DNA of 32,000 bases from Candidatus Korarchaeum cryptofilum OPF8 (lineage in GTDB: Archaea > Korarchaeota > Korarchaeia > Korarchaeales > Korarchaeaceae). The position numbers were made by a program, and so were the translations under genes. Shown here piece by piece: positions 7,768 to 15,683 of the stretch; position 1 is the first letter of the stretch, and each line of letters begins with the position of its first letter. Under the pieces are notes generated by a model. The model saw only the letters and a program-made list of their open reading frames with translations. It searched no databases and was not told where the DNA came from. The stretch covers positions 750,001 through 782,000 of the forward strand of contig NC_010482.1 in the NCBI RefSeq assembly GCF_000019605.1, given 5' to 3'.

Positions 7768-8256
7768 TTAATCGATCTTCCCCAACTTTATCAGTTTCTC
7801 CTCTCTATCGTACTCTATTAGGCCTGAATAGACACCCCAGTAGATGAGATAGTTGAGCTCCTCCTCTAAATTACTGTGATAGCAAAATCCCCCCTTAGAT
7901 ATCATTATCTCCATGACATCCTCTTTCTCAAGACTTCCCCTTTTCTTAAGCTCATCCAATATCTCTTTAAAGATCTCCAGCTCCATTAATTTGCTCCTCA
8001 CGTATTTCGCCCTTTCCGCATGCCCCTGTCTCAGGAAGTTAATCCCTGATTCCGTAAGCTCTGCATCACCGTTTTCGATAGAGATCAAGCCCATCATCTC
8101 GGAGAAAGCTAAAATAGGAAGTATCTCATCAACATGCATACCTATTTCCTTCGATATCCTCGCGATATCAGCCCTTCCACCCAGATCCATCAGAAGTCTC
8201 AGGAAGCCCAGCAACCTGGAGTAAGATAACGTCTCCACGCGGATCTGCTTCTTCAT
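7768..8256 (-). CDS. Stand-alone AAA-associated C-terminal domain protein (NitT/TauT ABC ATPase accessory domain)
   Basis: Reading from MKKQIRVETLSYSRLLGFLRLL.DLGGRADIARISKE.GMHVDEILPIL.FSEMMGLI..ENGD..LTE.G..FL resembles the domain usually fused to the C-terminus of nitrate/sulfonate-type ABC ATPases. It has its own SD (AGGTGAGG, 8259-8266) before the ATG at 8256. Confidence 0.6.
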   Translation of the reverse strand: MKKQIRVETLSYSRLLGFLRLLMDLGGRADIARISKEIGMHVDEILPILAFSEMMGLISIENGDAELTESGINFLRQGHAERAKYVRSKLMELEIFKEILDELKKRGSLEKEDVMEIMISKGGFCYHSNLEEELNYLIYWGVYSGLIEYDREEKLIKLGKID

Positions 8257-8278
8257 CGCCTCACCTAAAATATTAATA

Positions 8279-9019
8279 TTACTGTGGGAGGAGGCTGTAT
8301 ATCTCATCCACCTTACCGTAGAACTGCTCATCCCTCCTATTCCTCGGCCTCGGGGTATCTATATTCACAACCTTCAGGACTGTGGATGGCCTTCTCGAGA
8401 GGACCACTATCCTATCGGACATGAGGACAGCCTCCTCTATATTGTGAGTCACCATGAGTATGGACTTAAGGTTAGGGGCGCTCTTCCACAGCTCCAGTAT
8501 CTCATGCCTCAGGGTATCGGCTGTAAGCTCATCGAGAGATGAGAAGGGTTCGTCCATCAAAAGAAGGTTTGGTTCAACTGCTAGAGCCCTCGCTATCCCG
8601 ACCCTCTGCCTCATCCCACCTGACAGCTCCTTTGGAAGGAATTCCTCGAACTCTGACAATCCAACGAGGCTTAGCCACTTCCTGGCAACTTCTCTAGCAT
8701 TTTCTATTCCCCTAGCTCTAAGCGGGAGCTCAACTTGCTCTATTACCTTGAGCCACGGGACTAGGGCGAAGCTCTGAAAGACCATGGATATCCTCGGATC
8801 TGGGGAGTTTATCTCCTTCCCATAGAAGATTATCCTACCTGAGCTCGGCCTCTCTATTCCTGCTATCATCCTGAGGAGAGTCGACTTTCCACAGCCGCTG
8901 GGCCCGACTATGGACACGAACTCCCCCTCCCTCAGTGAGAAGCTGATCTCCCTTATCACCTCGAGCTTGCTCTTATTGGAGATGAAGTACTTCGATACCC
9001 TATCGACCTCCAGCATCAT
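8279..9019 (-). CDS. ABC transporter ATP-binding protein, NitT/TauT (nitrate/sulfonate/bicarbonate) type
   Basis: Walker A GPSGCGKSTLLRMIAG, signature LSGGMRQRVGIARAL, Walker B LLLMDEPFSSLD and an H-loop VTHNIEEA are all present. Confidence 0.9.
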   Translation of the reverse strand: MMLEVDRVSKYFISNKSKLEVIREISFSLREGEFVSIVGPSGCGKSTLLRMIAGIERPSSGRIIFYGKEINSPDPRISMVFQSFALVPWLKVIEQVELPLRARGIENAREVARKWLSLVGLSEFEEFLPKELSGGMRQRVGIARALAVEPNLLLMDEPFSSLDELTADTLRHEILELWKSAPNLKSILMVTHNIEEAVLMSDRIVVLSRRPSTVLKVVNIDTPRPRNRRDEQFYGKVDEIYSLLPQ

Positions 9020-10641
9020 TCCACCCTGAACTTAGCTGAGTAATCGTACAGGAACCTCCAGAAGGCCCTGTTTACTGTTATCACGATCAGCGTTAGAACA
9101 GCTGTTATGAAGATAACGGATGATATATCACCTCTATCCCAGGCAGCGATACTCAGCAGAGTCCCCAAACCATATTGAGCCCTCTTACTCGGGAAGACCT
9201 CATTCCCCACCTTTATGTACTCTGCCACTATTAGGGAATTCCATGCGCCGCCCCACGCGGTTATCAAGCCAGTGACTATGGAGGGGAACATGCCCGGGAT
9301 CACCAACTTCCTCAGGTAGAGGGAGCCCCTTATGAGGAAGACCTTCCTCATCTCCTCTAGATCCGATGATATAGACTTAACGCCGGCCAGGGAGTTGAAC
9401 AAAACGTAGAACTGAGCCCCGAATAGAGCTAGCATTATCGCAGCTATCTCGAACCCCTCATCCCCCAGGGGAAGCACTATATACTTGACTAGGAAGGGCC
9501 AGAGCACCGGGATAGGGAAGGAGGCGGCTATCTCGAATAGCAGCATGAACTCATCCCAATGCCTTCCCCTGCCCACGAGGAGGGATACCGGTATCGTCCA
9601 GGAGAGGGAGATCAGGAGGACCGTCAAGACCCTCCTGATGGAGTTCAGAGATGCTATAAGTATCAGATCGGGCTCCCCCATGTACTCGGAGGAGGGCATT
9701 TCCAGTGTAATATGCGGAGCTATTTTCATCGCTGAATATGCGATAAATAAAATCAGGAGGAGGAAAGTGCCCTTCTTTATAATTCCAGCCCTTCTCTCCA
9801 CGAAACTGACGAACCCCGCTACATAATTCCTTATAGGGAGCCTCAAAATATATCTGAGAGAGCGGAAGAATGATCTATAGAGGAAGGGTGGTATCCTCAC
9901 CCTCGGGATCTCGAATACTCTCTTTCTCTTGATCTCACCTGCTGAATACTCGTACTTGAAGTTCTCGCTCCATTCCATGAGAGGTCTCCAGATGAATAAG
10001 TATGTGAAGGAGACGAGGAACATCGTTATCAGGACCGATAGGATGGCGATATCGATCCTAGGGGGTGATTCCGCGAGGGATAGGGCGAGAAGGCTTCCAA
10101 TACCTGGAAGCGGTATCTGGGCATTGCCCAATGATATGATCTCAGATGCATAGAGGAAGAACCACCCCCCTCCCCAGGACATAGCCGAGTTATAGATGAG
10201 CTTCGTCATAGTAGCCGGCAAGAGTATTTTCCTCAAGTAAAGGAACTTTCCTATTCTGTACACGCGCACCATTTCCTCCAGATCCCTCGGTATGAGCTTC
10301 ACAGCTTCGTACACTCCGAAAGTCATGTTCCACACTTGAGATGTGAATATGAGGAAAATTGAGGAGATCTCCGCACCTATATAGGGACCGAAGAGGTTTA
10401 TGAAGAATATTATGGCGATAGGGAGGAAGCTGAGTATGGGAACGCTCTGGAGCACATCTAGGAGGGGTATTATTATGTGCTCAGCTTTCTCATTCTTTGC
10501 AGCCAGTATGCCGATGGAAAGAGAGAAAATGAGGGAGAAGAGGTATGCGATGATCATCCTGAGTAATGATAGCAGCGCGTAGACTGGCAGCAGGAAGTAG
10601 GAGAGCAGAGGGATCACCCCCCTTCCTAGCTGAGAATTCAT
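9016..10641 (-). CDS. ABC transporter permease, two fused BPD-type transmembrane domains
   Basis: The 541-aa product is highly hydrophobic. The module ...DLEEM.RV(F)..R(G)..YLRK(I/L).(L/I)P is duplicated, i.e. two EAA-like loops. A 4-nt overlap links it to the downstream ATPase gene. Confidence 0.85.
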   Translation of the reverse strand: MNSQLGRGVIPLLSYFLLPVYALLSLLRMIIAYLFSLIFSLSIGILAAKNEKAEHIIIPLLDVLQSVPILSFLPIAIIFFINLFGPYIGAEISSIFLIFTSQVWNMTFGVYEAVKLIPRDLEEMVRVYRIGKFLYLRKILLPATMTKLIYNSAMSWGGGWFFLYASEIISLGNAQIPLPGIGSLLALSLAESPPRIDIAILSVLITMFLVSFTYLFIWRPLMEWSENFKYEYSAGEIKRKRVFEIPRVRIPPFLYRSFFRSLRYILRLPIRNYVAGFVSFVERRAGIIKKGTFLLLILFIAYSAMKIAPHITLEMPSSEYMGEPDLILIASLNSIRRVLTVLLISLSWTIPVSLLVGRGRHWDEFMLLFEIAASFPIPVLWPFLVKYIVLPLGDEGFEIAAIMLALFGAQFYVLFNSLAGVKSISSDLEEMRKVFLIRGSLYLRKLVIPGMFPSIVTGLITAWGGAWNSLIVAEYIKVGNEVFPSKRAQYGLGTLLSIAAWDRGDISSVIFITAVLTLIVITVNRAFWRFLYDYSAKFRVE

Positions 10642-10714
10642 AAAAACTTGTCCAGCGTTGCTTCATGTAAGCGTTCTCAGAATATCCATAAAGTCGGCTC
10701 AAAGGATCGAGTAA

Positions 10715-11557
10715 TTAAATCCGAGAATCTGGAGAATCATTGAACCAGAGCATTTCCTCGAGCTTCTTCCCCTTCCTCCTCCTCTTACCCATTATGGGGT
10801 AACCTCCGATCGATTCGTAAGCCCTCTCAGCTAGGGCATCCGCCTCCCCCTCGGAGAACCTGTTCCAGCCACGCGAGAACTTGAAGTTCCCGGGCGAGGT
10901 CCAGCTTATATCGAAATCATCCAGATCTTCAGGGAGTATAGGGACTGTGACAACATCCAGCTTCCTGTGGAAGCATAGAGGAGCTGTGAAAACTCTCCTT
11001 GGCATTATCTCGTTCGCGAGAATTAATTTCTCAGCATTATACTTCCTTCTGATCTCCTCCACTTTGGATTCCAGCTTCAGCCTGACGAACTCAGTGATGG
11101 ACCATGCTATATCGAGCGGGTTGGCTTTCTTGGATATTGATAGAGGATGTATGTGCACATGAGCCCCATTCCCACTCCAGATTATGAATACGGAGTTCCT
11201 CAATCCCTCTCCATTCAGGAAGTTTACTATCTCCCTTATCACCTCCACAGTAGCCCTCCAGTTCCCTATCTCGCTATCTATATCCCAAGTGGGCGTTACA
11301 GATACGACATTCCCCTCATCGTAGACGTCCTCTCTGCTCTCTATCCTCCCATATATCTCTATCGTTCCATAGAGGGTCCTGGGCCTTAAGGAGCGGAGAA
11401 GGTTATCTAGCTCCAGCTCGTCCCTCACCCTCAAGGGCTTCCCATTCAAGTACCTCCTGAACCCGCTCTCAGCCTGAACTGAGACCCACCTCCCCCTGAG
11501 GAAATCTATTAAAGCTTCCCTGACATCGGCCCTCGAGAAGTGATCTAGTGCATGCAT
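10715..11557 (-). CDS. Archaeo-eukaryotic primase (AEP) superfamily protein, PriS-like, lacking the zinc-knuckle insert
   Basis: AEP motif I is TPTWDIDSE (D92-x-D94) and motif II is FIIWSGNGAHVHI. The motif III region ANEIMPRRVFTAPLCFHRKLDVVTVPILPEDLDDFDI parallels the crenarchaeal PriS sequence ..[32 protein letters not shown]. The protein has only one Cys. Confidence 0.7.
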   Translation of the reverse strand: MHALDHFSRADVREALIDFLRGRWVSVQAESGFRRYLNGKPLRVRDELELDNLLRSLRPRTLYGTIEIYGRIESREDVYDEGNVVSVTPTWDIDSEIGNWRATVEVIREIVNFLNGEGLRNSVFIIWSGNGAHVHIHPLSISKKANPLDIAWSITEFVRLKLESKVEEIRRKYNAEKLILANEIMPRRVFTAPLCFHRKLDVVTVPILPEDLDDFDISWTSPGNFKFSRGWNRFSEGEADALAERAYESIGGYPIMGKRRRKGKKLEEMLWFNDSPDSRI

Positions 11558-12339
11558 TACGGCACCTCGGACTCGCTCTTCCTCCTGGCTTCAGCTATCC
11601 TCTCCATTACCTTCTTTGGGAGGGCATAATCCTCCTTGGAGAATTCAGCTGGACCTATTATCTCCATCCCCTTCCCCGGAATTATCTCTATCTCGTACAT
11701 CCTGAGATCGTGATTGGTCTGCCTCATCTTCTCTATCATGAGGAACCTCCTCAGCCTCCCTCCCTTGACGGACCTCCTGAACCTTATTATGCCATCCGCT
11801 ATATGCTCTATCCCGAAACCGAATGCCTCAGAAGTGGATATAGCGTATTGGGAAGTGGCCAATATAGTGAAATCCCACTTGCTGAAGACCTTCTTTATGT
11901 AATAACTGTACTTCCTCGCCATAGCTGGCTTATCCAACCAGAAAGCGCTCAGGGAATCTATTATGAGCCTGGCCCTCCCATATCCCAGCTTCTTCTTCGC
12001 ATCTATTACCTTCTGGACTAATGCCTCCGGATCGAGGGAGGTCAGGCTCCACTCATCGGTAGCGAGGAGGGCATCTATCACTATTACCTTGCCCTCCTCA
12101 ACCCCCTTCCTGATGTCCATACCCAGGAGTTCAGCTTGCTCCAATATCGAGTTCCTCGATTCCTCCGTAGTCACGTATATGACCTTATCCCCCTCCTCAT
12201 ATCCCCGCCACGCGAAATGCTGGCAGAGTATCGATTTCCCTGTCCCGGGCTCTCCAGTGATAGCGACGAGGAACCCCCTGGGTATACCGCCTTCCAGCAT
12301 CTCATCCAGCTTCCTTATGCCAGTCGAGAGCCTATCCAT
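11557..12339 (-). CDS. KaiC/RadA-like RecA-superfamily ATPase (single domain)
   Basis: STGIRKLDEMLEGGIPRGFLVAITGEPGTGKSILCQHF (Walker A), VIYVTTEES and RLIIDSLSAF (Walker B) match the typical archaeal KaiC-like single-domain layout. Its TAA stop overlaps the downstream ATG (TAATG at 11555-11559). Confidence 0.85.
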   Translation of the reverse strand: MDRLSTGIRKLDEMLEGGIPRGFLVAITGEPGTGKSILCQHFAWRGYEEGDKVIYVTTEESRNSILEQAELLGMDIRKGVEEGKVIVIDALLATDEWSLTSLDPEALVQKVIDAKKKLGYGRARLIIDSLSAFWLDKPAMARKYSYYIKKVFSKWDFTILATSQYAISTSEAFGFGIEHIADGIIRFRRSVKGGRLRRFLMIEKMRQTNHDLRMYEIEIIPGKGMEIIGPAEFSKEDYALPKKVMERIAEARRKSESEVP

Positions 12340-12359
12340 CGGGGATATTCGAAGCTAAC

Positions 12360-12373
12360 TATAATTAATTATA
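12360..12373. promoter_or_regulatory. Perfectly palindromic AT box TATAATTAATTATA in a divergent intergenic region
   Basis: The box lies 21-34 nt upstream of the KaiC-like ATG (12339, minus strand). A second TATA-like CTTTAAAG (about 12425-12433) serves the plus-strand gene at 12461. Confidence 0.45.
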
Positions 12374-12460
12374 ATGCATAGCTTTATCTCCTCCCGTCAG
12401 TTGAAGTGCCCCCCCCGAGCATCCACTTTAAAGAGCCAGGCGCAATAGCTCGGGGATCTC

Positions 12461-13018
12461 ATGAGGGATGTCCTCGAGCGGGACTTCTTCCGGAGGAGGC
12501 CAGATATAGTCGCGATGGATCTGCTCGGCAAAGTCATCCTGAACAGGAGGAGGGAAGCTGCGGGCATAATAATCGAGGTGGAGCCTTACTTCGGCCCCGA
12601 GGATCCGGCATCCAGGGCTAGGAAGGGAGGTGATCTAGCTAGGACTATGGGAAGCGAACCTTGCACAGCCCTAGTTTACGGAGTCCACAGGCAGTGGCTC
12701 CTCAACATAGTCGCTCACGAGGATGGGGAGCTGGGGGCTGTGCTGATGAGAGGGATAATCCCCATAGATCCCGTGGCATTTAAGCCCTCGAAGCCTATAT
12801 CGGGACCCGGACGCGTCACAAAATATTTGGGTGTGGATAAGAGCTATCATAAGGCTTTCTTATGCAGTTATGATGGAGAACTGCAGCTTAGGCATGGGCT
12901 GAGCCTTGATACTAGCATAATAATCAGATCTAGGAGGGTCGGGGTGAGGGAGGATCTCCCAGAGCCCTTCAACTTCAAGGTACGAGTAGAGGAGCTTTTG
13001 AAAATATTGAAGAGCTGA
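12461..13018 (+). CDS. mpg: DNA-3-methyladenine glycosylase, Mpg/AAG family
   Basis: FFRRRPDIVAMDLLGKVI......G.IIEVEPYFGPEDPASRA..G........G.....VYGVHRQWLLNIV......GAVLMRG..P.....GPGRVTKYLGV fits the AAG-family pattern (VA..LLGK, E.EAY.G..D.AS, YG.....N.V, VL.R...P, GPG....L.). Confidence 0.8.
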   Translation: MRDVLERDFFRRRPDIVAMDLLGKVILNRRREAAGIIIEVEPYFGPEDPASRARKGGDLARTMGSEPCTALVYGVHRQWLLNIVAHEDGELGAVLMRGIIPIDPVAFKPSKPISGPGRVTKYLGVDKSYHKAFLCSYDGELQLRHGLSLDTSIIIRSRRVGVREDLPEPFNFKVRVEELLKILKS

Positions 13019-13045
13019 ATTCTGCATAGTTTTGATGAGAGACCG

Positions 13046-13073
13046 CTCTTGAGATCCCCTGAGTCCTCAAGAG
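13046..13073 (+). repeat. Stem-loop CTCTTGAG-N12-CTCAAGAG just downstream of mpg
   Basis: A perfect 8-bp inverted repeat (13046-13053 / 13066-13073) has a 12-nt loop. It lies 28 nt after the mpg stop and follows a TTTT run. Its function is unknown; it may be a transcript 3' end. Confidence 0.35.
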
Positions 13074-13170
13074 TTGAGAGCGTATCGATTGTATGATCAG
13101 CTAGATTGAAATAGATAGTCCATCTAGCAGCATCTTCGATGTTTTTAAGTTTCCCATCGGGGAAATATTG

Positions 13171-13452
13171 ATGCTACCGGAACCCATCGAGATAAAGGAT
13201 GAGATAAAGAGGATGATGGAGGTGATGGATGAAAAGCTGGCTGTATGGTACGGGAATAAGCTTCAGAGCTACATATACAGGGAAGTTAGGGGGATGATCG
13301 ACTGGAGGAGCTTCCTGGAGTTAATGTCCAGGAGGACCGATGAGCTGCTGAAGTGGGTGAAAGGTGAGGTTGCGTGGGAGGAGCTCCTCAACATAATATA
13401 CAGGGAAGTTAGGGAGAGGAGGGGATCCAACCTGGATTCCTTCTTGGTCTGA
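13171..13452 (+). CDS. Hypothetical helical protein (93 aa), no recognisable family
   Basis: TATA-like GTTTTTAAGTTT (13141-13152) lies about 25 nt upstream of the ATG at 13171. The codon usage fits the neighbouring genes. IYREVR(G/E) occurs twice within the protein. Confidence 0.45.
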   Translation: MLPEPIEIKDEIKRMMEVMDEKLAVWYGNKLQSYIYREVRGMIDWRSFLELMSRRTDELLKWVKGEVAWEELLNIIYREVRERRGSNLDSFLV

Positions 13453-13475
13453 GAAGCTCGCTCGATGAGCTGAAA

Positions 13476-14180
13476 TTAAGGGACCGTGAAGTAAACCCTC
13501 TTCTTCCCCTTCCCTTTGTTCTCCACCTTCAGGAGCTTAACTTCCCCTATCTCCCTCGTGTTCCTCACGTGGGGCCCCCCATCAGCTTGTATATCGATGC
13601 CGGGTATCTCAACGATCCTCAGTTTCTCCAGAGTTGGGGGCATTTTAGCAGCTAGCTTCACTATCCCAGGTATCTTCATCGCCTCCTCCCTCGGAAGGAA
13701 GTATATCTTCACCTCTATCCCGGATGAAGCTATCTCATTCACCTTCTTTATGGCTTCCTCGAAGACCTCCCTCTCCCCTCTCTCCAAGCTGAAATCGGAT
13801 TTCGCGTACTCCGGATCTATATGGCCTCCAGTCACGAGAGCTCCCTTCTCCTTGTAGAGTATGGCTGTCAGTATGTGATCTGCTGTGTGGAGTCTCATGA
13901 GCCTGTACCTCCTATCCCAATCTATGTGCCCCCTAACTATATCTCCCACGCTCAAATCTGGTTTGGAATCGAGTAGATGGGCCACATCTCCCTCCTCAAT
14001 TACATCGATCACATTCCACCTACCCGAGCTAGACTCTATGAATCCGGTGTCATTAGCGACGCCTCCCGAGGTCGGATGGAACGCTGTCCTATCCAGGAAT
14101 AGCTTGTTCCCCTCGACTCTCGTAACCCTAGCCTCGAAATCCGTGACGTAGCAATCTGCCTGATATATCAACTCAGCCAT
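13476..14180 (-). CDS. alaX: AlaX-M-type alanyl-tRNA editing protein
   Basis: An N-terminal beta-barrel (YQADCYVTDFEARV...LDRTAFHPTSGG) is followed by the HxxxH zinc motif HTADHIL. The C-terminus reads DGGPHVRNTREIGEVKLLKVENKGKGKKRVYF. Confidence 0.85.
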   Translation of the reverse strand: MAELIYQADCYVTDFEARVTRVEGNKLFLDRTAFHPTSGGVANDTGFIESSSGRWNVIDVIEEGDVAHLLDSKPDLSVGDIVRGHIDWDRRYRLMRLHTADHILTAILYKEKGALVTGGHIDPEYAKSDFSLERGEREVFEEAIKKVNEIASSGIEVKIYFLPREEAMKIPGIVKLAAKMPPTLEKLRIVEIPGIDIQADGGPHVRNTREIGEVKLLKVENKGKGKKRVYFTVP

Positions 14181-14340
14181 AAGGGCAGGTGAGGGTTGAG
14201 GATAAAAAGCGTGATTGAACTAACGGGCCCCTATTTATGTAGATTCTATCATTCCACTGAGAGATCGATATAGATCTCAAATAACGGTATATTTATGTTA
14301 ACAACAAGTTTTCAATTCAGCCAATCGATACTTTTTTATT

Positions 14341-14366
14341 CACATAACTCACATAATTCACACATG
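14341..14366 (+). promoter_or_regulatory. Tandem 9-mers CACATAACT CACATAATT CACACATG abutting the vapB start, downstream of a T-rich TATA (14333-14340)
   Basis: The repeats are read directly from the sequence. They span the predicted transcription start and the ATG (14364), a position typical of an autorepression operator. Confidence 0.35.
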
Positions 14367-14678
14367 GCGAACATAACTCTGAGCATCCCGGACTGGCTCT
14401 ACAAATTGATGAAGAAGTACAGCGCGGTGAACTGGTCTGAGGTAGCGAGGAGGGCCATAGTAAAGGAGATACTCGCAATTAAGGCAGAGGAAGAGGGATT
14501 AAGTAGGGAGGAACTCTCCCTTCTTATGGAAATAGAAAGTATTGAGCTTCCCGAGGAGAGAAAGGTGCCCATAAGTGAGGAGGAACTCCAGGCTAAGGTG
14601 AAGGATAGGGAGAGGAGGAGGTTAGGGAAGCTCAGGGAGGTGGACTTTGATCCTAGATACATCCTCCTTGATAGTTAG
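14364..14678 (+). CDS. vapB: Ribbon-helix-helix (CopG-like) antitoxin, VapB-type
   Basis: MANITLSIPDWLYKLMKKYSAVNWSEVARRAIVKEI has the beta-strand/helix-helix pattern. The C-terminal tail is acidic and basic. The gene overlaps the downstream PIN gene by about 32 nt. Confidence 0.55.
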   Translation: MANITLSIPDWLYKLMKKYSAVNWSEVARRAIVKEILAIKAEEEGLSREELSLLMEIESIELPEERKVPISEEELQAKVKDRERRRLGKLREVDFDPRYILLDS

Positions 14679-14976
14679 AGCAAGAAGAGGGGAAAGGATA
14701 GAGGAGAATATAACCTCAATCACCTTAGTGGAGTATCCTCCGATCCGGAATTACGAGGGGTTTCGGGGAAGAATATACTTCTTGAGTATAAGAGATCAAC
14801 TTAGGGCCTCCTCCCTTCAGGAGAAGTTAAGGGTCTTGGGGAAGCCTATGGGGGCATCAGATCTCCTGATCGCAGCCGTATGTCTCAATAAGGATGAGGA
14901 GCTAGTAACCTTGGATGAGGACTTCTTGGTGATAAAGGAGATCGAACCCTCCTTCAGAGTGATAATTGAACGCTAA
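14647..14976 (+). CDS. vapC: PIN-domain ribonuclease toxin (VapC)
   Basis: ILDTSSLI (first acidic residue), TLVEY, ASDLLIAAV and VTLDEDF supply the four PIN acidic positions in the usual order. The start is TTG. Confidence 0.7.
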   Translation: MILDTSSLIVRARRGERIEENITSITLVEYPPIRNYEGFRGRIYFLSIRDQLRASSLQEKLRVLGKPMGASDLLIAAVCLNKDEELVTLDEDFLVIKEIEPSFRVIIER

Positions 14977-14987
14977 GTAGTGTAAGA

Positions 14988-15683
14988 TTGATCTCAGCAT
15001 CCCTTACAGGAGCGAATGAGCAATATTTAAATAAATTGAGTATCATCTCTTTCTCAGATATCCGAGAAGCTAAGAAGGAGTTCATCGAACTGCTTGAGAG
15101 GGATGAAGAGTTTCGCTACACTGTAGCAGGTTTTCTGGGATTATCCGAAATACTGAAGAGGCTTGAAAAACTTGAGGAAGGCCAAAACAAGCTATGGGAG
15201 GAGGTGAAAAAGATATGGGAGGAGGTGAGGCTGATCAGGATCGACTACAACAGGATGAGAAAGTACATACGCGTAGGATTTGGCGATCTGGGCAGAGCGC
15301 TCAGAGTAACATTTGAGGATCATTCTGCATCCTTTCTTGAGGTTTTGCTCGAGGAGCCTGAATATACTGATGCAAGAATCGAGAGGAAGGTACTTGTGCA
15401 TGATGGTGAGGCTGTCGAGATAAACATGTTCTGCGAGGATCCTCTGGTCGTTAGAGAGGCCATGATTAGCATAGAAAGCATGGAAGAAGCTGAGAAAGAG
15501 GTAGAGAAGCTGTTAAAACGCGTGGAAGTTGTGGAGAAGAGGTATGGGAAGAGGCCGATGCTCGTGGTATTATCCGTCGCTAGGCCGGCACCTGGAGTAT
15601 CGAGAAGGCTCGAGGATCTGGCAAAGAGGCACGGGATAAAGCTGGTGCTGGGAGAGGAGATAGAAGAAGCGATAGCTATATAA
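14988..15683 (+). CDS. Coiled-coil + PD-(D/E)XK-like fold protein (DUF3782-like), intact paralogue of the 7196-7700 pseudogene
   Basis: An N-terminal heptad-rich region (ILKRLEKLEEGQNKLWEEVKKIWEEV) is followed by ...GEAVEINMF.EDPLVV.E..ISIES...EKE...LLKRVEVVEKRYGKRPMLVVLSV. The start is uncertain: TTG at 14988 or TTG at 15036, with a TATTTAAATAAA box at 15023-15034 between them. Confidence 0.55.
   Translation: MISASLTGANEQYLNKLSIISFSDIREAKKEFIELLERDEEFRYTVAGFLGLSEILKRLEKLEEGQNKLWEEVKKIWEEVRLIRIDYNRMRKYIRVGFGDLGRALRVTFEDHSASFLEVLLEEPEYTDARIERKVLVHDGEAVEINMFCEDPLVVREAMISIESMEEAEKEVEKLLKRVEVVEKRYGKRPMLVVLSVARPAPGVSRRLEDLAKRHGIKLVLGEEIEEAIAI

Noticed and set aside
11548-12381. Plus-strand ORFs 11548-12021, 11963-12358 and 12136-12381
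   Set aside because: They are antisense to the KaiC-like gene, have Pro/Ser/Leu-rich translations and show no start context.
12406-12621. 71-aa plus-strand ORF preceding and overlapping mpg
   Set aside because: It is out of frame with mpg, Arg/Gly/Pro-rich, and starts inside the promoter region. The mpg frame carries the family motifs.
13033-13064. Possible C/D-box sRNA: TGATGA at 13033-13038 followed by CTGA at 13059-13062
   Set aside because: The spacing is 20 nt rather than about 12. No C'/D' pair or terminal stem is present. The CTGA lies in the loop of the 13046-13073 hairpin, so this is more simply a 3'-end stem-loop of mpg.
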